Positions 57,369 through 57,375 of a DNA stretch of 57,375 bases are shown one piece after another. The notes under the pieces are model-generated. The model ran no database searches and had not been told where the DNA came from. It was given only the letters and a program-made list of their open reading frames with translations. The DNA comes from Actinomycetes bacterium (GTDB taxonomy: Bacteria; Actinomycetota; Actinomycetes; Actinomycetales; Cellulomonadaceae), in NCBI GenBank assembly GCA_023424135.1, contig JAFAEH010000150.1, positions 1 through 57,375 of the forward strand. Reading direction: 5' to 3'. Position 1 is the first letter of the stretch, and each line of letters opens with the position of its first letter. Both the position numbers and the translations under genes were made by a program.

Positions 57369-57375
57369 CGCATCC

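Overview
High-GC actinobacterial chromosome (Cellulomonas-like, by inference from GC content and gene set). Host core genes (upp, tadA, sirtuin, tRNA-Ser(CGA)) lie on the left, and a LacI / sugar-ABC / GH30 xylanase locus lies on the right. Between them is a ~45-kb element integrated in the 3' end of tRNA-Ser, bounded by a 24-bp direct repeat at 4727-4750 and 49740-49763. It encodes a tyrosine integrase, an excisionase, an FtsK/TraB-like ATPase, an SpdA/DUF2637-like protein, a TOPRIM primase-helicase with a likely iteron origin, WhiB and an exonuclease. No capsid, terminase, relaxase or VirB4 is recognisable, so it looks AICE-like. Cargo includes a sortase with a wall-anchored protein, an SH3b protein, a lone type IV pilin-like adhesin, a HEPN-like/TcmP/helicase-nuclease/DUF5131 cluster, an RHH/PemK-like/IrrE cluster and a secreted-protein ABC export cassette. 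The most unusual signals are: (1) three to four unrelated proteins upstream of the FtsK ATPase gene share a ~35-aa basic C-terminal tag; (2) an element-wide CSGCRCAT motif sits at gene starts (16 copies found, five exactly 9 nt before an ATG); (3) a conserved composite intergenic module repeats between gene cassettes. All family calls come from motif recognition by eye; no database search was run.
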